A DNA stretch of 62,255 nt, filler included. It is 7 parts of 7 records of this genome, joined end to end, with 100 filler letters (N's around TTAATTAATTAA, not from the genome) between each part and the next. Parts side by side here need not be neighbours in the genome. Positions count along the whole stretch, not along the records: positions 27,778 to 34,386 come from SRR31147125_26873; positions 34,487 to 40,485 come from SRR31147125_26882; positions 40,586 to 49,056 come from SRR31147125_26915; 4 more parts are not named here. One strand, written 5' to 3'. The notes under the pieces are model-generated. The model saw nothing but the letters and a program-made list of their open reading frames with translations, did not search any database and was not told the origin of the DNA. Positions within the stretch are counted from its first letter, which is position 1, and every line of letters begins with the position of its first letter. Shown here in pieces: positions 31,729 to 41,132 of the stretch. A program made the position numbers and the translations under genes.

Positions 31729-32205
31729 GACTCGTGTCCTGTTTATAATAATAGCGTATTCGAAAGAAATCGTCTTTTGACTTTTGCTTGATGATTACAT
31801 TTGGGGAAATGTGATAGTTGCGGGCATTTCTTTTCCAAGTAAATAATTTAAGTTTAAATAAATTAAAATGCAAGAATCTATTATATGCGCTATTATTAAA
31901 ATTGCTCCATCTTACTATTTGATACGTAAAAAACACCCTAAAAGTTTTAAGAAGTTATTCTATTACCCCAAAATGTGGTATAAAAAAAATGCGTGTTGCC
32001 GGGCAATATCAAAAGTTAAAAATAGAGTACTATCAGCACAAATTGAAAGGATAGACAGGTCTATACCAGGCGATTATAAATTTTTGAATCTTTAAAAGTG
32101 TGCCAATATTCGTGCTTTTTATCTCAACTTTTGATACAGCCTTGCAACTTTTTGAATTGACCGAGTGAGGGCAGAGATCAGTCCAGATTATTTATAGTAA
32201 GACAA

Positions 32206-33801
32206 TTACTGGTTATATCGTGACTTGTACATGGATCGAAGTTTCTCAGCTTCTTCCGGGCTAAGGCCTTTAAGCCACATATGCTCGTCTTTGGCAAGTA
32301 AGAGTGCCACTATTTGTTCGTATTTTTCTTTCATGATTGGGCTTTTTGTGCCGGCAGCTGTGACAACGTGTGGTAAAAATTTCAGATAAAAATGTTTGGC
32401 AACTTCATACATGCCATGCCAGTGAGTATAATCCGGTCCCATCATGCTGGCTCCATGTCTGGCGCGACGACCTTCATGGTGCCACAGTTCCCAGAAATCC
32501 CATTGAACCTGATGCTCAAAAGGAGCATTCGGATTAAGTACTTCATCTGCTATCAGCTGATTTATCAGGTCCTGAGATGGTTTGGCAAATTTTTCATTAT
32601 ACAATACAACCAAATTGTCAAACTGATGATAAAAATTATCGACATAGGTGTTGCTGTGGCAATTATGACAGGCTCCTTTCATTTGTTCGCGTCTTTGTTT
32701 CCATGTGACAATCCTTGCCACCGTCCGGTTTCTTTTTTTACTGACAAGTTTTTCGTTTTCAACCACTTTTTCAGTAGTCTCCACCTGTTCGCCAATGTCA
32801 GGCAGTGTGCGAGTTTCCGGATAATCCTCTTTAAAACCATCATTGTAAATGACCAGATTCAGTTTTGAGCTCTTTACGGGTCTCAAGGTCCAGCTGATAC
32901 GTTCGCCAACGTCGTGGCTGTTGGCCGAATAAACACCTTCCGGAGTCATATAGCTGCTTATGTGACACGTAGCACATGTTGGTGCGGCCGAGTAATCCAG
33001 GCCCAAAACCCAGTTTCCTTCTTTCTCCAGTGCGAGTTGGTCCCTATTGGCATAAAAAGCAATACCATGTTTTGATTCATTGTATATTTCGATTTGCGGA
33101 TGATCCGGTCCCATATGACACTTGCCACAATTTTCCGGTGAGCGGGATAATTTAGCCTGGAACCGGTGACGTGAGTGACAGGCATGGCAGGAGCCTTTTG
33201 AACCATCGGGATTTAAGCGCCCCATACCACTGTTAGGCCAGGTGTCAGGATCGAGAACCGGTTTGTTTTCCGTTCCGGTTTTTACAATGCCTCCTTCTGC
33301 ATCACGTTGGAATTTAATAATACTTCCATGACATTGCCAGCAGCCGTTCACAGCATCGGCGATATTTCCCGGCATTCCAGCCGCTTTTTCTGCCAGCACA
33401 TTATCCAGACTGGCTAGAATTTCACCTGCTTTTGCATGATGACTTGCCGTAAATTCTTCGTATTCGCGATCATGACAGTTGGCGCACTCTTTAGGAGTGA
33501 CCAGTACAGAGATGGTAAATCCTTGATGTTTCCAGGCGTCAATTTCATTGTTTTCGGCATAGTGACATTCGATGCAACCCACTTCATTCCGGGCATGTCG
33601 TGATTCTTTCCATTCCATTACCAGGGCCGGATTGTTTCTGGTATGGCACTCTATACAATTTTTATTTTCCTCGGATATTTCCAGTTCCATACTCTGGCTG
33701 GCAACCGGTTGTTTTATCTCCTGCCTGGCTATGAGGTGAGATGTTATTAGAAACAGGAAAGAGAATAAAACCACATGATTTTTTGTGCAGGCTAAAATCA
33801 T
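32206..33801 (-). CDS. Octaheme cytochrome c, hydroxylamine oxidoreductase (HAO) family, reductive/epsilon-Hao-like
   Basis: Eight CxxCH motifs (CIECH x2, CANCH, CWQCH, CHACH, CGKCH, CATCH, CHNCH); GPDHPQIEIYNESKHG; WHHEGRRARHGASMMGPDYTHWHG; signal peptide. Confidence 0.88.
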   Translation of the reverse strand: MILACTKNHVVLFSFLFLITSHLIARQEIKQPVASQSMELEISEENKNCIECHTRNNPALVMEWKESRHARNEVGCIECHYAENNEIDAWKHQGFTISVLVTPKECANCHDREYEEFTASHHAKAGEILASLDNVLAEKAAGMPGNIADAVNGCWQCHGSIIKFQRDAEGGIVKTGTENKPVLDPDTWPNSGMGRLNPDGSKGSCHACHSRHRFQAKLSRSPENCGKCHMGPDHPQIEIYNESKHGIAFYANRDQLALEKEGNWVLGLDYSAAPTCATCHISSYMTPEGVYSANSHDVGERISWTLRPVKSSKLNLVIYNDGFKEDYPETRTLPDIGEQVETTEKVVENEKLVSKKRNRTVARIVTWKQRREQMKGACHNCHSNTYVDNFYHQFDNLVVLYNEKFAKPSQDLINQLIADEVLNPNAPFEHQVQWDFWELWHHEGRRARHGASMMGPDYTHWHGMYEVAKHFYLKFLPHVVTAAGTKSPIMKEKYEQIVALLLAKDEHMWLKGLSPEEAEKLRSMYKSRYNQ

Positions 33802-34386
33802 TACAATACTCCTCTGCTAAAATGAATAAAGCATTGGTTACATGTTCGTTTTTGGGATTTATCTGGATAAAAAAATAAAGCGATACTGACTGGTTTGTCT
33901 TTTGTGATATAGTTTGTATACCACATTCATAAAAATACCAAGTGAGTTGTTTGAAAAGCGAAATTTTGTACAAATGGTTCCTGATCTAAAAAAAATGGTC
34001 GCCGGATTGAGTGCGTTCACATAATAAAGCAGATGGATGGAAATTGTGTGTTATTTACGTCATGAAAAATTTTAGAAATAACAGTTTTAATCCCGAAAAT
34101 ACAGGATTTGGGAGTGGTGAAATAGAATTCTCATACCAGATTTTCATCAATTACATAATTTAACATCTCGAAGTTGCTGTTTCTTTCCAAAAAATGAGAG
34201 GTTTTTGCTTCTCGTACTAGCGGATAGTGATAAATTGTTTCCGGTTGTAATGATAATTTACACAGAAAGAGATTAAATAGTGATTTTTTAGACGAACATA
34301 TTGTCTTTTATAAATTTAATATTTACATTTCAAAGCATATTTGCATTTACAAAAGTTGAAAAATAATTTATCTAGGGGGATTTTTT

Positions 34387-34486
34387 NNNNNNNNNNNNNN
34401 NNNNNNNNNNNNNNNNNNNNNNNNNNNNNNTTAATTAATTAANNNNNNNNNNNNNNNNNNNNNNNNNNNNNNNNNNNNNNNNNNNN
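34387..34486. other. Artificial contig spacer
   Basis: 44 N + TTAATTAATTAA + 44 N. Confidence 0.98.
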
Positions 34487-34997
34487 AAAAGAGTATCAAA
34501 AAGCCGAATCATTTTTTACATCGATTCTAGAGAAAAGCAAGGATCCAACCATTCAAAGTATTGCCCGATATAACCTTGCCTGCACAAAACTGAGTCGGCA
34601 TGAAACCGAAGCTGATGTTGAAAAAGCAATGAAGTTATTTCGCCAGTGGCATCTATCGGAACCGGCGAATACTATGGGTGCGAATCATCTGCTGTTGATA
34701 CGGAGTCTCCGGGAATTGGTGGATGTAAAAAAACAAAATCAATCTGATTACGTTAAAATAAAACGGAAGTTGACGAAACGTTTGAAGCGGCAGAAAGGAA
34801 AAATGGAGACGCTTTATAAACAACAGAAAGGAAAAAATCAACAACAAGAAGAAATAATAAAACAACAGGAAGAAACAATTATCCAACAAGAAGAAACAAT
34901 CTTCGAGTTGGTAGACATGATAGAAACCCTTCAGTATCAAATTTCTGAACTTGAAAATTTAGATCAGGAGATTCAAGAAAAGAGGAAAGCAAATTGA
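34487..34997 (+). CDS. TPR/coiled-coil protein, QseG(YfhG)-like (5' truncated)
   Basis: Frame is open from the edge (KEYQKAESFF...ARYNLACTKL); heptad coiled coil; C-terminus LENLDQEIQEKRK; overlaps the response-regulator start (TTGA). Confidence 0.55.
34842..34904 (+). repeat. 3 x 21-bp in-frame tandem repeat (heptads QQEEIIK/QQEETII/QQEETIF)
   Basis: CAACARGAAGAAAYAAT units at 34842, 34863 and 34884. Confidence 0.8.
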
Positions 34998-36349
34998 ATG
35001 GACAGAAGAATATATTGATCGTCGATGATGATCCCAACATCCTTGAAGTCCTCGATGCCAGACTGACGGCAGCTGGATTCCAGGTTCAAAAAACGAGCAA
35101 TGCAAAAGCAGCCATTCAATTGCTCGACAAAGAACCGATTTCTCTCATGATTTCGGATATGAAAATGCCGGCTATGAACGGTATGGATCTTCTTTCTGAA
35201 GTAAAACGGAAATGGCCTGATCTTCCTGTTATCTTTTTGACGGCATACGGCACCATTCCCGGTGCTGTAGACGCATTGAAAGAAGGCGCTGTCGATTACA
35301 TTTCAAAACCATTTGACGGAAGGGAGCTGATTTCTAAAATCAATGACATTTTTCTCAAGAATCCATCCATAATCAGGGCTTCCGAGTCCTCCACCATAGA
35401 AGATGATTTTTATTGGGGGAAAAGCCCGGCCATGCAATCGCTTTTTCAGACGGTCAAAAAAGTGGCCGTAACCCATGCAAATGTCCTGATCCTTGGGGAG
35501 AGCGGCGTCGGCAAGGAACTCATTGCAAAATACATTCATCGCCATAGTTTAAAAAAGGATCATCCCTATATTGTCGTTGACTGTGGATCCACCCCTGCAG
35601 GGATTTTGGAAAGCGAACTTTTCGGACATATGAAAGGCGCGTTTACCAATGCGGTGCAGGACAAAAAAGGGCTTATTGAAGCGGCAGATAAAGGGACTTT
35701 GTTTTTGGATGAAATCGGGAATATCTCACAGGATATGCAAAGCCGGCTGTTAAGGTTTCTTGAAGATAAAAAGATACGACGGGTCGGCGCCATAAAAGAG
35801 ATCGATGTGGATTGCAGAGTGTTGTCGGCAACGAATGCAGACCTTCTCGCCGAGATCGAGGAAGGAAAGTTTCGCCAGGATCTTTACTACAGGCTGAAGG
35901 TGGTTACGCTTATCATTCCCCCATTGAGGGAACGGAAAGAAGATATTCTTGACCTGGCTCGTTTTTTGGCAGAAAAATATACTTTGAAAAATGCCTTCCC
36001 AAGAGTTGAATTTACACCTGACACAATCGAATTGATAGAAAACTACGATTGGCCCGGCAATGTTAGAGAGCTGAAGAATGCTTTGGAAGCCGGTATTATT
36101 TTGTGTAAAAACAACAAAATAGAACCAACCGATCTGCAATTGGAAACGACCCGGGAAGAAGCAACACCCATTTCCGATAACAACGCCGAATTTTCTATTG
36201 GGGATAGTGAAAAAAACACCATTATGCGTGCTCTTAAAGAGACCAATGGCGTTCAGAAAAGGGCGGCGGATCTTTTGAACATCAGCAGGCGGTCCATTCA
36301 TTACAAAATTAAAAAATACAATATTGACGTATCTGAATTTAAAAGTTGA
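34994..36349 (+). CDS. sigma54-dependent response regulator (NtrC family, GlrR/QseF-like)
   Basis: REC (VDDD, D-MKMP, LTAYGTIP, KP); AAA+ GESGVGKE, ESELFGHMKGAFTNA, LDEIG, FRQDLYYRL, WPGNVREL; Fis HTH. Confidence 0.92.
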   Translation: MNGQKNILIVDDDPNILEVLDARLTAAGFQVQKTSNAKAAIQLLDKEPISLMISDMKMPAMNGMDLLSEVKRKWPDLPVIFLTAYGTIPGAVDALKEGAVDYISKPFDGRELISKINDIFLKNPSIIRASESSTIEDDFYWGKSPAMQSLFQTVKKVAVTHANVLILGESGVGKELIAKYIHRHSLKKDHPYIVVDCGSTPAGILESELFGHMKGAFTNAVQDKKGLIEAADKGTLFLDEIGNISQDMQSRLLRFLEDKKIRRVGAIKEIDVDCRVLSATNADLLAEIEEGKFRQDLYYRLKVVTLIIPPLRERKEDILDLARFLAEKYTLKNAFPRVEFTPDTIELIENYDWPGNVRELKNALEAGIILCKNNKIEPTDLQLETTREEATPISDNNAEFSIGDSEKNTIMRALKETNGVQKRAADLLNISRRSIHYKIKKYNIDVSEFKS

Positions 36350-36474
36350 GTAGAGGGTGATCTAAGTCGGCCATTGTAGGAATCCCTTGCAGGTAGGCAA
36401 TATTTGGCAATCGTAAGGGATTCTCCCTACAAAAAAGGGGCCGAAAATTGAATTAAAGCCTGTTGGGTAAGAAT

Positions 36475-36513
36475 AAAAAAAGGGAGACGAGTATATTTTG
36501 TTACTCCCCTCCC
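36475..36513 (-). terminator. Rho-independent terminator after the IS1634-derived gene
   Basis: Minus strand reads GGGAGGGGAGTA-loop-TACTCGTCTCCC-T7, ~27 nt after the stop at 36540. Confidence 0.65.
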
Positions 36514-36539
36514 CCGCTGATGCCTTAATATGAACGGGC

Positions 36540-37576
36540 CTATTGCCTTCGCGTATATGGCACAATCTGGTAAAAGCATGAAACTGAATCACCCAATAAT
36601 GAGAGTACGTTTCTTCGCAGATCATTAAGGTCTTCGCCCTCCATTAAAACTTTTATTTGTTGCCCCTTTTTGATTGAAACATGGTTGATGCCTTCCAGCA
36701 TTTTAAAAACCTGTCTCATCGAGTGGCGTTCTGAGAGTTGCTTTCCTTGATTAGGAATTGTTTCATCCAGCCCTTCCAACGCTTTTCGAAATCGCCTTTG
36801 TACCGTGGAATAAACAAGCAATGACAGTGTCATGACCAGTATCAGCCCTTCTATGCGGCTTGTTTTTTCAAGAAAGAATGAAGAAGCAAAACATAAGGGG
36901 CTGTTCAAAAAGCCAAACCCCTTCTCAATATTTTCCTTCACCACATAACGAGGACCGTCCAGCTCGCTCCAAACTTCCATGATCGGTTTCGACGGATTTT
37001 TGGAAATACTGTTTTCATCATTATTTTCAGTCAGGAACCTCATCAAAAGTGGGATTCCGCCATCTTGAGACAGCATTAATTCCAATCCCACCCGGTTTTG
37101 ATCCGACGGGTGATCTTTCGAATAACCATTGGTAATGGCAACGGTTTGAGTGTCTTCATCAAGATGATACTGACCTGTCAAAGAAAACGTGCGGCTATCT
37201 TTACAAGCAGAATCACAATCCACTTGTTCCTTTCGGCAAGTTGACGCTGCCAATGTCTCAAACAGTTTCTCACATCCGAAAGAGGAAACTGCATCCAGAG
37301 TACGCGTTAAATTCACTTGATTGAAATGCTCTGCCCTTATGCCCGGTCTAAATAGAATGTCCAGTGGTTTGTTTTCAAAAAAACGGGGGTCAAAGAAAGC
37401 GTTCGATCCGTAAATCCAAGCGCATTTAGAATCATACCGGCAAGCACTTCACCGTGACTGATCTTGGCTGTCTTCTTTGTGCCTAAGAGAGTATCGATTT
37501 GTTCTATCAGTTTAAGATCTTTTATGATACCGGAGACAACACCGAAATGATCTAATCGGCTAATTTTAAGATCCAT
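36540..37576 (-). mobile_element. IS1634-family transposase derivative (DUF4277 N-terminus), internally deleted, ~345 aa after repairing one homopolymer indel near 37377-37389
   Basis: RLDHFGVVSGII, GMILNALGF.DR.LSLTP, GYSKDH, SQDGGIPL, EKGFGFL.SP..FASS.FL.K..RIEGL..VMTLSLLVYS. Central region is missing at the PRYVV|KENIE junction (~36938). No terminal repeats seen. Confidence 0.85.
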
Positions 37577-37830
37577 CGCCCTTTTTCTATTTTTTTAGCT
37601 AATTTGGGGTTTGGATAAGAGGAGATACCGTCGTTTTTTAAATTAAAGGATCTGTGCAATGAGGGAAGAAATTGTCGTGCAAACCCGTGGATGCCCATTT
37701 TATCGAAGTCAGCCTGATTGCTGTTCTCATCGGTTTCCAATTGAGTCATTTCCTCATTGGTCAACTGAAACTCCGGCAGATGGGTTAAACCGTAAAAAAA
37801 TAGAGTTGTTGCAAGTGCTTCCATGATCAT
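37552..37830 (-). CDS. Hypothetical 92-aa protein, possibly the N-terminus of the IS1634-derived protein
   Basis: AAGGA RBS before ATG 37830; overlaps the transposase-like start. One extra A at 37582-37586 or 37590-37596 would fuse the two frames. Confidence 0.5.
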   Translation of the reverse strand: MIMEALATTLFFYGLTHLPEFQLTNEEMTQLETDENSNQADFDKMGIHGFARQFLPSLHRSFNLKNDGISSYPNPKLAKKIEKGRWILKLAD

Positions 37831-37952
37831 TGATCCTTTTTAAAATTAGAAACTTATTATCAAATCAAACTATTTGTAAATTTTATGCCGATGAGAATAC
37901 CGATCCACAGTATGGAAATGGATATGTGATCTCTGCTTTTGCGTACTATTAA

Positions 37953-37968
37953 CGCAATGATTGTGCCT
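37953..37968 (-). promoter_or_regulatory. sigma54 -24/-12 promoter
   Basis: Minus strand reads AGGCACAATCATTGCG = GG-N10-GC with TTGC, ~120 bp upstream of ORF 37830. Confidence 0.7.
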
Positions 37969-38034
37969 GTTTTTTTAAGCGATTGAAATAACAATAAAAA
38001 TCAATATATAGTGGTGGTATGAAAAGAGTGCTCG

Positions 38035-38071
38035 TTACAAGAATTTCACACTGGATTACAATTCTTGCACA
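38035..38071 (-). promoter_or_regulatory. Tandem enhancer-like sites for a sigma54 activator
   Basis: TTACAAGAATTTCACA (38035-38050) and TTACAATTCTTGCACA (38056-38071), 21-bp spacing. An IHF-like AATCAATATATAG near 38000 lies between them and the promoter. Confidence 0.55.
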
Positions 38072-38191
38072 TAGTACACTGCCTTACCGAAACTGAAAAA
38101 AATAAAATTGAGGATTAGATCATGCCGCGTGTTTTGTGATGGATTCCCTAGGGACTGATAATCGGAGTTATCGTGTGCTCTTTTGCGCTGC

Positions 38192-38221
38192 TTGACAAAA
38201 AACGGAATTCCATGCTAAGAC
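38192..38221 (+). promoter_or_regulatory. Putative sigma70 promoter of the thi operon
   Basis: TTGACA-N18-TAAGAC with an extended -10 TG, just upstream of the riboswitch. Confidence 0.45.
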
Positions 38222-38247
38222 CGCCGCAACAGTGCAATTTTGCATTG

Positions 38248-38346
38248 ATGGACTGGGGGAGCCGAGGGAAAATCGGCTGAGAGGAAACGTCAATCCGTTT
38301 CGACCCCTTGAACCTGATCCAGGTCGTGCTGGCGTAGGGAAGTCAA
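38248..38346 (+). ncRNA. TPP riboswitch (THI element)
   Basis: GGGGGAGCC...GGCTGAGA...ACCCCTTGAACCTGATC...GCGTAGGGAAG, upstream of thiM. Confidence 0.95.
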
Positions 38347-38555
38347 CGGTATCCTCATTTCTCTTCCTTATCATTTGTTACACCACCTGCCATTAGTGTT
38401 AATCATCAATCAAACAAGCTGTTCAATGGTTCATGCATTGTTCATGTACTAAAATGAACTCCCATAACGGGGTTCCATTTTCATGGTTGATTCAAGTGAT
38501 CAACGCTCGCGTCTAAAACTGCCTTGCCGGAGTAATAAAATTATGGAGAGTTGCA

Positions 38556-39403
38556 ATGAGTATCCAACCATCAGAGATATTTAAAGATATTCAAAATATC
38601 AGAAAAACCGCCCCCTTGGTTCACAACATCACCAATTACGTGGTGATGAATAATACAGCAAACGCGTTACTGGCCATTGGGGCATCACCGGTCATGGCCC
38701 ACGCCGTTCCGGAAGTTGAAGATATGGCGGGCATTGCCGGATCCCTGGTGATCAACATCGGCACTTTGAGCGAACAGTGGGTCAAAGCCATGTTCAAAGC
38801 GGCTGAGGTGGCAAAAAAAGGGAAATACCCATTGTCATCGATCCGGTTGGGGTGGGGGCAACTCCGTACAGAACCGAAACCGCCAAGGCATTGATCTTGG
38901 AGACAGCACCAACGATCATTCGGGGAAATGGCTCGGAAATCATGGCGTTGTGGGGCGCCTTGGAAACGAGCTTGCCATCTGAATCCGACAAAGTGAGCGA
39001 CACGTCAGAGGGGATTTCCACCAAAGGGGTGGACAGTAGCAGTGGATCGGACCAGGCCGTTGAGAGCGCAAAAGTCCTTGCAGAAAAAATTGGATGCACG
39101 GTCTGCATTTCCGGAGAGACGGATTATATCGTTTCATCTCATGGAATTCATTCCATCAAAAACGGCCATACCATGATGCCCAAAGTGACGGGACTCGGCT
39201 GTACCGCCACGGCCTTTTGTGGTGCTTTTGCCGCAGTCAACACCGATTTTGACGCTGCAACGGCCCATGCCATGGCTGTCATGGGAATTGCCGGTGAGAT
39301 TGCCGCTGAAACCGCACCCGGCCCGGGAACACTTCAGCTCAATTTCATTGATGCCTTATACGGATTATCCGAATCGGATGTCGATACTCGTTTCAAAAGA
39401 TAA
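38556..39403 (+). CDS. thiM: Hydroxyethylthiazole kinase (frameshift at A7, 38813-38819)
   Basis: [47 protein letters not shown]. Adding one A restores [14 protein letters not shown]. Confidence 0.92.
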
Positions 39404-39466
39404 TCCGATATCAACAACTTAAAAAAATGAATCGGATCTTCTCACCGTCAACTTGGGAGATTGAAC

Positions 39467-40273
39467 ATGAAATCATATTTTAAAGCCCTGACCATTGCAG
39501 GATCGGACAGCGGCGGAGGTGCAGGCATTCAGGCCGATCTCAAAGCCTTTTCCGCCCTTGGGTGTTTTGGCATGTCCGCCATCACCGCACTGACCGCCCA
39601 AAATACAACCACCGTTACGGCCATCCATCCGGTTCCGCCGGAGTTTATCGGTGATCAGATTGACGCCGTAATGGATGATATCGGCACCGATGCCGTAAAA
39701 ATCGGGATGCTTCACTCGCCTGAAGTGATCGAAATGGTGGCGAAGAAGCTGGAACAATGGCAATGCAAAAATATCGTTCTCGATCCGGTAATGATTTCCA
39801 AAAGCGGCAACAAGCTGCTTCTGGACGATGCCGTTCAGGCATTGACGTCAACACTGATTCCCCTTGCCACCGTTATTACGCCGAATCTCCCTGAGGCGTC
39901 GGTGCTGCTGGGACGAGAAATCACTACCATGGAGGATATGGATCCGGCAACTAGGGAGCTTTCCGATCTGGGATGCAATAACATTCTGCTGAAAGGCGGG
40001 CATCTGGAGCAAAAAGAGAGTTGCGACCTTCTCTATATGAAAGAGAGTAGCAGCCTGACAAGATTTCCCGGTACACGCATCGACACTCCCAACTCCCACG
40101 GTACCGGATGCACGTTGTCTTCGGCTCTTTGTGCCAATCTTGCAAAAGGTCTCGATCTTGTCACCGCAGTGGAAAATGCGAAATCATACATCACCCATGC
40201 CTTGAAATCCGGGGCTGAGTACAAAACCGGAAAGGGGCATGGGCCGGTGAAACACTTCTACCGATTCTGGTAG
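39467..40273 (+). CDS. thiD: Hydroxymethylpyrimidine/phosphomethylpyrimidine kinase
   Basis: LTIAGSDSGGGAGIQADLK, VKIGML, TPNLPEA, KGGH, HGTGCTLSS, GHGPV. Confidence 0.95.
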   Translation: MKSYFKALTIAGSDSGGGAGIQADLKAFSALGCFGMSAITALTAQNTTTVTAIHPVPPEFIGDQIDAVMDDIGTDAVKIGMLHSPEVIEMVAKKLEQWQCKNIVLDPVMISKSGNKLLLDDAVQALTSTLIPLATVITPNLPEASVLLGREITTMEDMDPATRELSDLGCNNILLKGGHLEQKESCDLLYMKESSSLTRFPGTRIDTPNSHGTGCTLSSALCANLAKGLDLVTAVENAKSYITHALKSGAEYKTGKGHGPVKHFYRFW

Positions 40274-40485
40274 ACTTTATTTGAGTTCATTTATAAGTTG
40301 GTCAAAAAAAATGGGTGCAAGAAGGGATCGACTTGATATCGAATCAATTCTGTAATGTATTAAAAATATATGTATTGTCAACCTATTTTAAGATTCGAAA
40401 TAGATTGATTTTTGAAAAAATATATATAAAAACTCAAAATATTGACTCATAAACGAATCGCTTTGAGAATTTGTTTGATCCCCCC

Positions 40486-40585
40486 NNNNNNNNNNNNNNN
40501 NNNNNNNNNNNNNNNNNNNNNNNNNNNNNTTAATTAATTAANNNNNNNNNNNNNNNNNNNNNNNNNNNNNNNNNNNNNNNNNNNN
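40486..40585. other. Artificial contig spacer
   Basis: 44 N + TTAATTAATTAA + 44 N. Confidence 0.98.
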
Positions 40586-40643
40586 TTTTTTGTATTATTG
40601 CGTAATATTTACGGATTATATTAATGAGAAAAATTATTAAATC

Positions 40644-41021
40644 ATGAAAAGAACAATTAACACTTTTTTAGTTTTTACTATTGCATTGGTTTTTAGTACA
40701 GTATCAACACAGGCTCAAGACATAACCGAAGAGGAGTTTTTTCTGGGTAAATGGAAAATAATGGCGTCTGAATTACCACAGGGCGATACCGAAATGATTT
40801 TTGTTATTGAAAAGAAAGATGGTAAACTAGGAGGTCAGATGGAAGCTGGTGGTGAAACTGTTCTCTTTACTAAGATTGAATCTGGAGAAAACAAAATAAC
40901 TATCTATTTCAATTCTCAAGGGTTTGATGTTTACAATGTACTTGAAAAGGTGGATGAAGATAATGTAAAAGGAACAATGATGGATATGTTTAATTTGGAA
41001 GGAACGCGAATTGATGAATAA
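40644..41021 (+). CDS. Secreted small beta-barrel hypothetical protein
   Basis: Signal peptide (TQA-Q), FLGKW motif, followed by a terminator. Confidence 0.7.
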   Translation: MKRTINTFLVFTIALVFSTVSTQAQDITEEEFFLGKWKIMASELPQGDTEMIFVIEKKDGKLGGQMEAGGETVLFTKIESGENKITIYFNSQGFDVYNVLEKVDEDNVKGTMMDMFNLEGTRIDE

Positions 41022-41041
41022 CATAGTTTAGTTTAGTTGAG

Positions 41042-41073
41042 AGCTCCCGGGAATTAGTTTTCGGGAGTTTTTT
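41042..41073 (+). terminator. Rho-independent terminator
   Basis: AGCTCCCGGGAA-TTAG-TTTTCGGGAGTT followed by a T-run. Confidence 0.75.
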
Positions 41074-41132
41074 CTTTGAATAATTACAACATGTCACTCG
41101 ATTAAACATAAAAAATTATTATCAAATAGGTA

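Noticed and set aside
31610-32095. Short ORFs between nagB and the HAO-family gene
   Set aside because: AT-rich, no motifs, mutually overlapping; likely non-coding.
34821-34904. Regular 21-bp repeats resembling a mini CRISPR array
   Set aside because: In-frame coiled-coil heptads with no spacers; no cas genes or CRISPR array seen anywhere in the window.
36540-37576. Active IS1634 element
   Set aside because: The catalytic segment is deleted and no terminal inverted repeats or target duplication are visible.
38168-38374. 68-aa minus-strand ORF
   Set aside because: Antisense to the TPP riboswitch and its promoter.
38813-38820. A7G slippery site in thiM (and similar sites elsewhere) as programmed frameshifting
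   Set aside because: Same pattern as many other homopolymer breaks in unrelated contigs; thiM is not known to need recoding.
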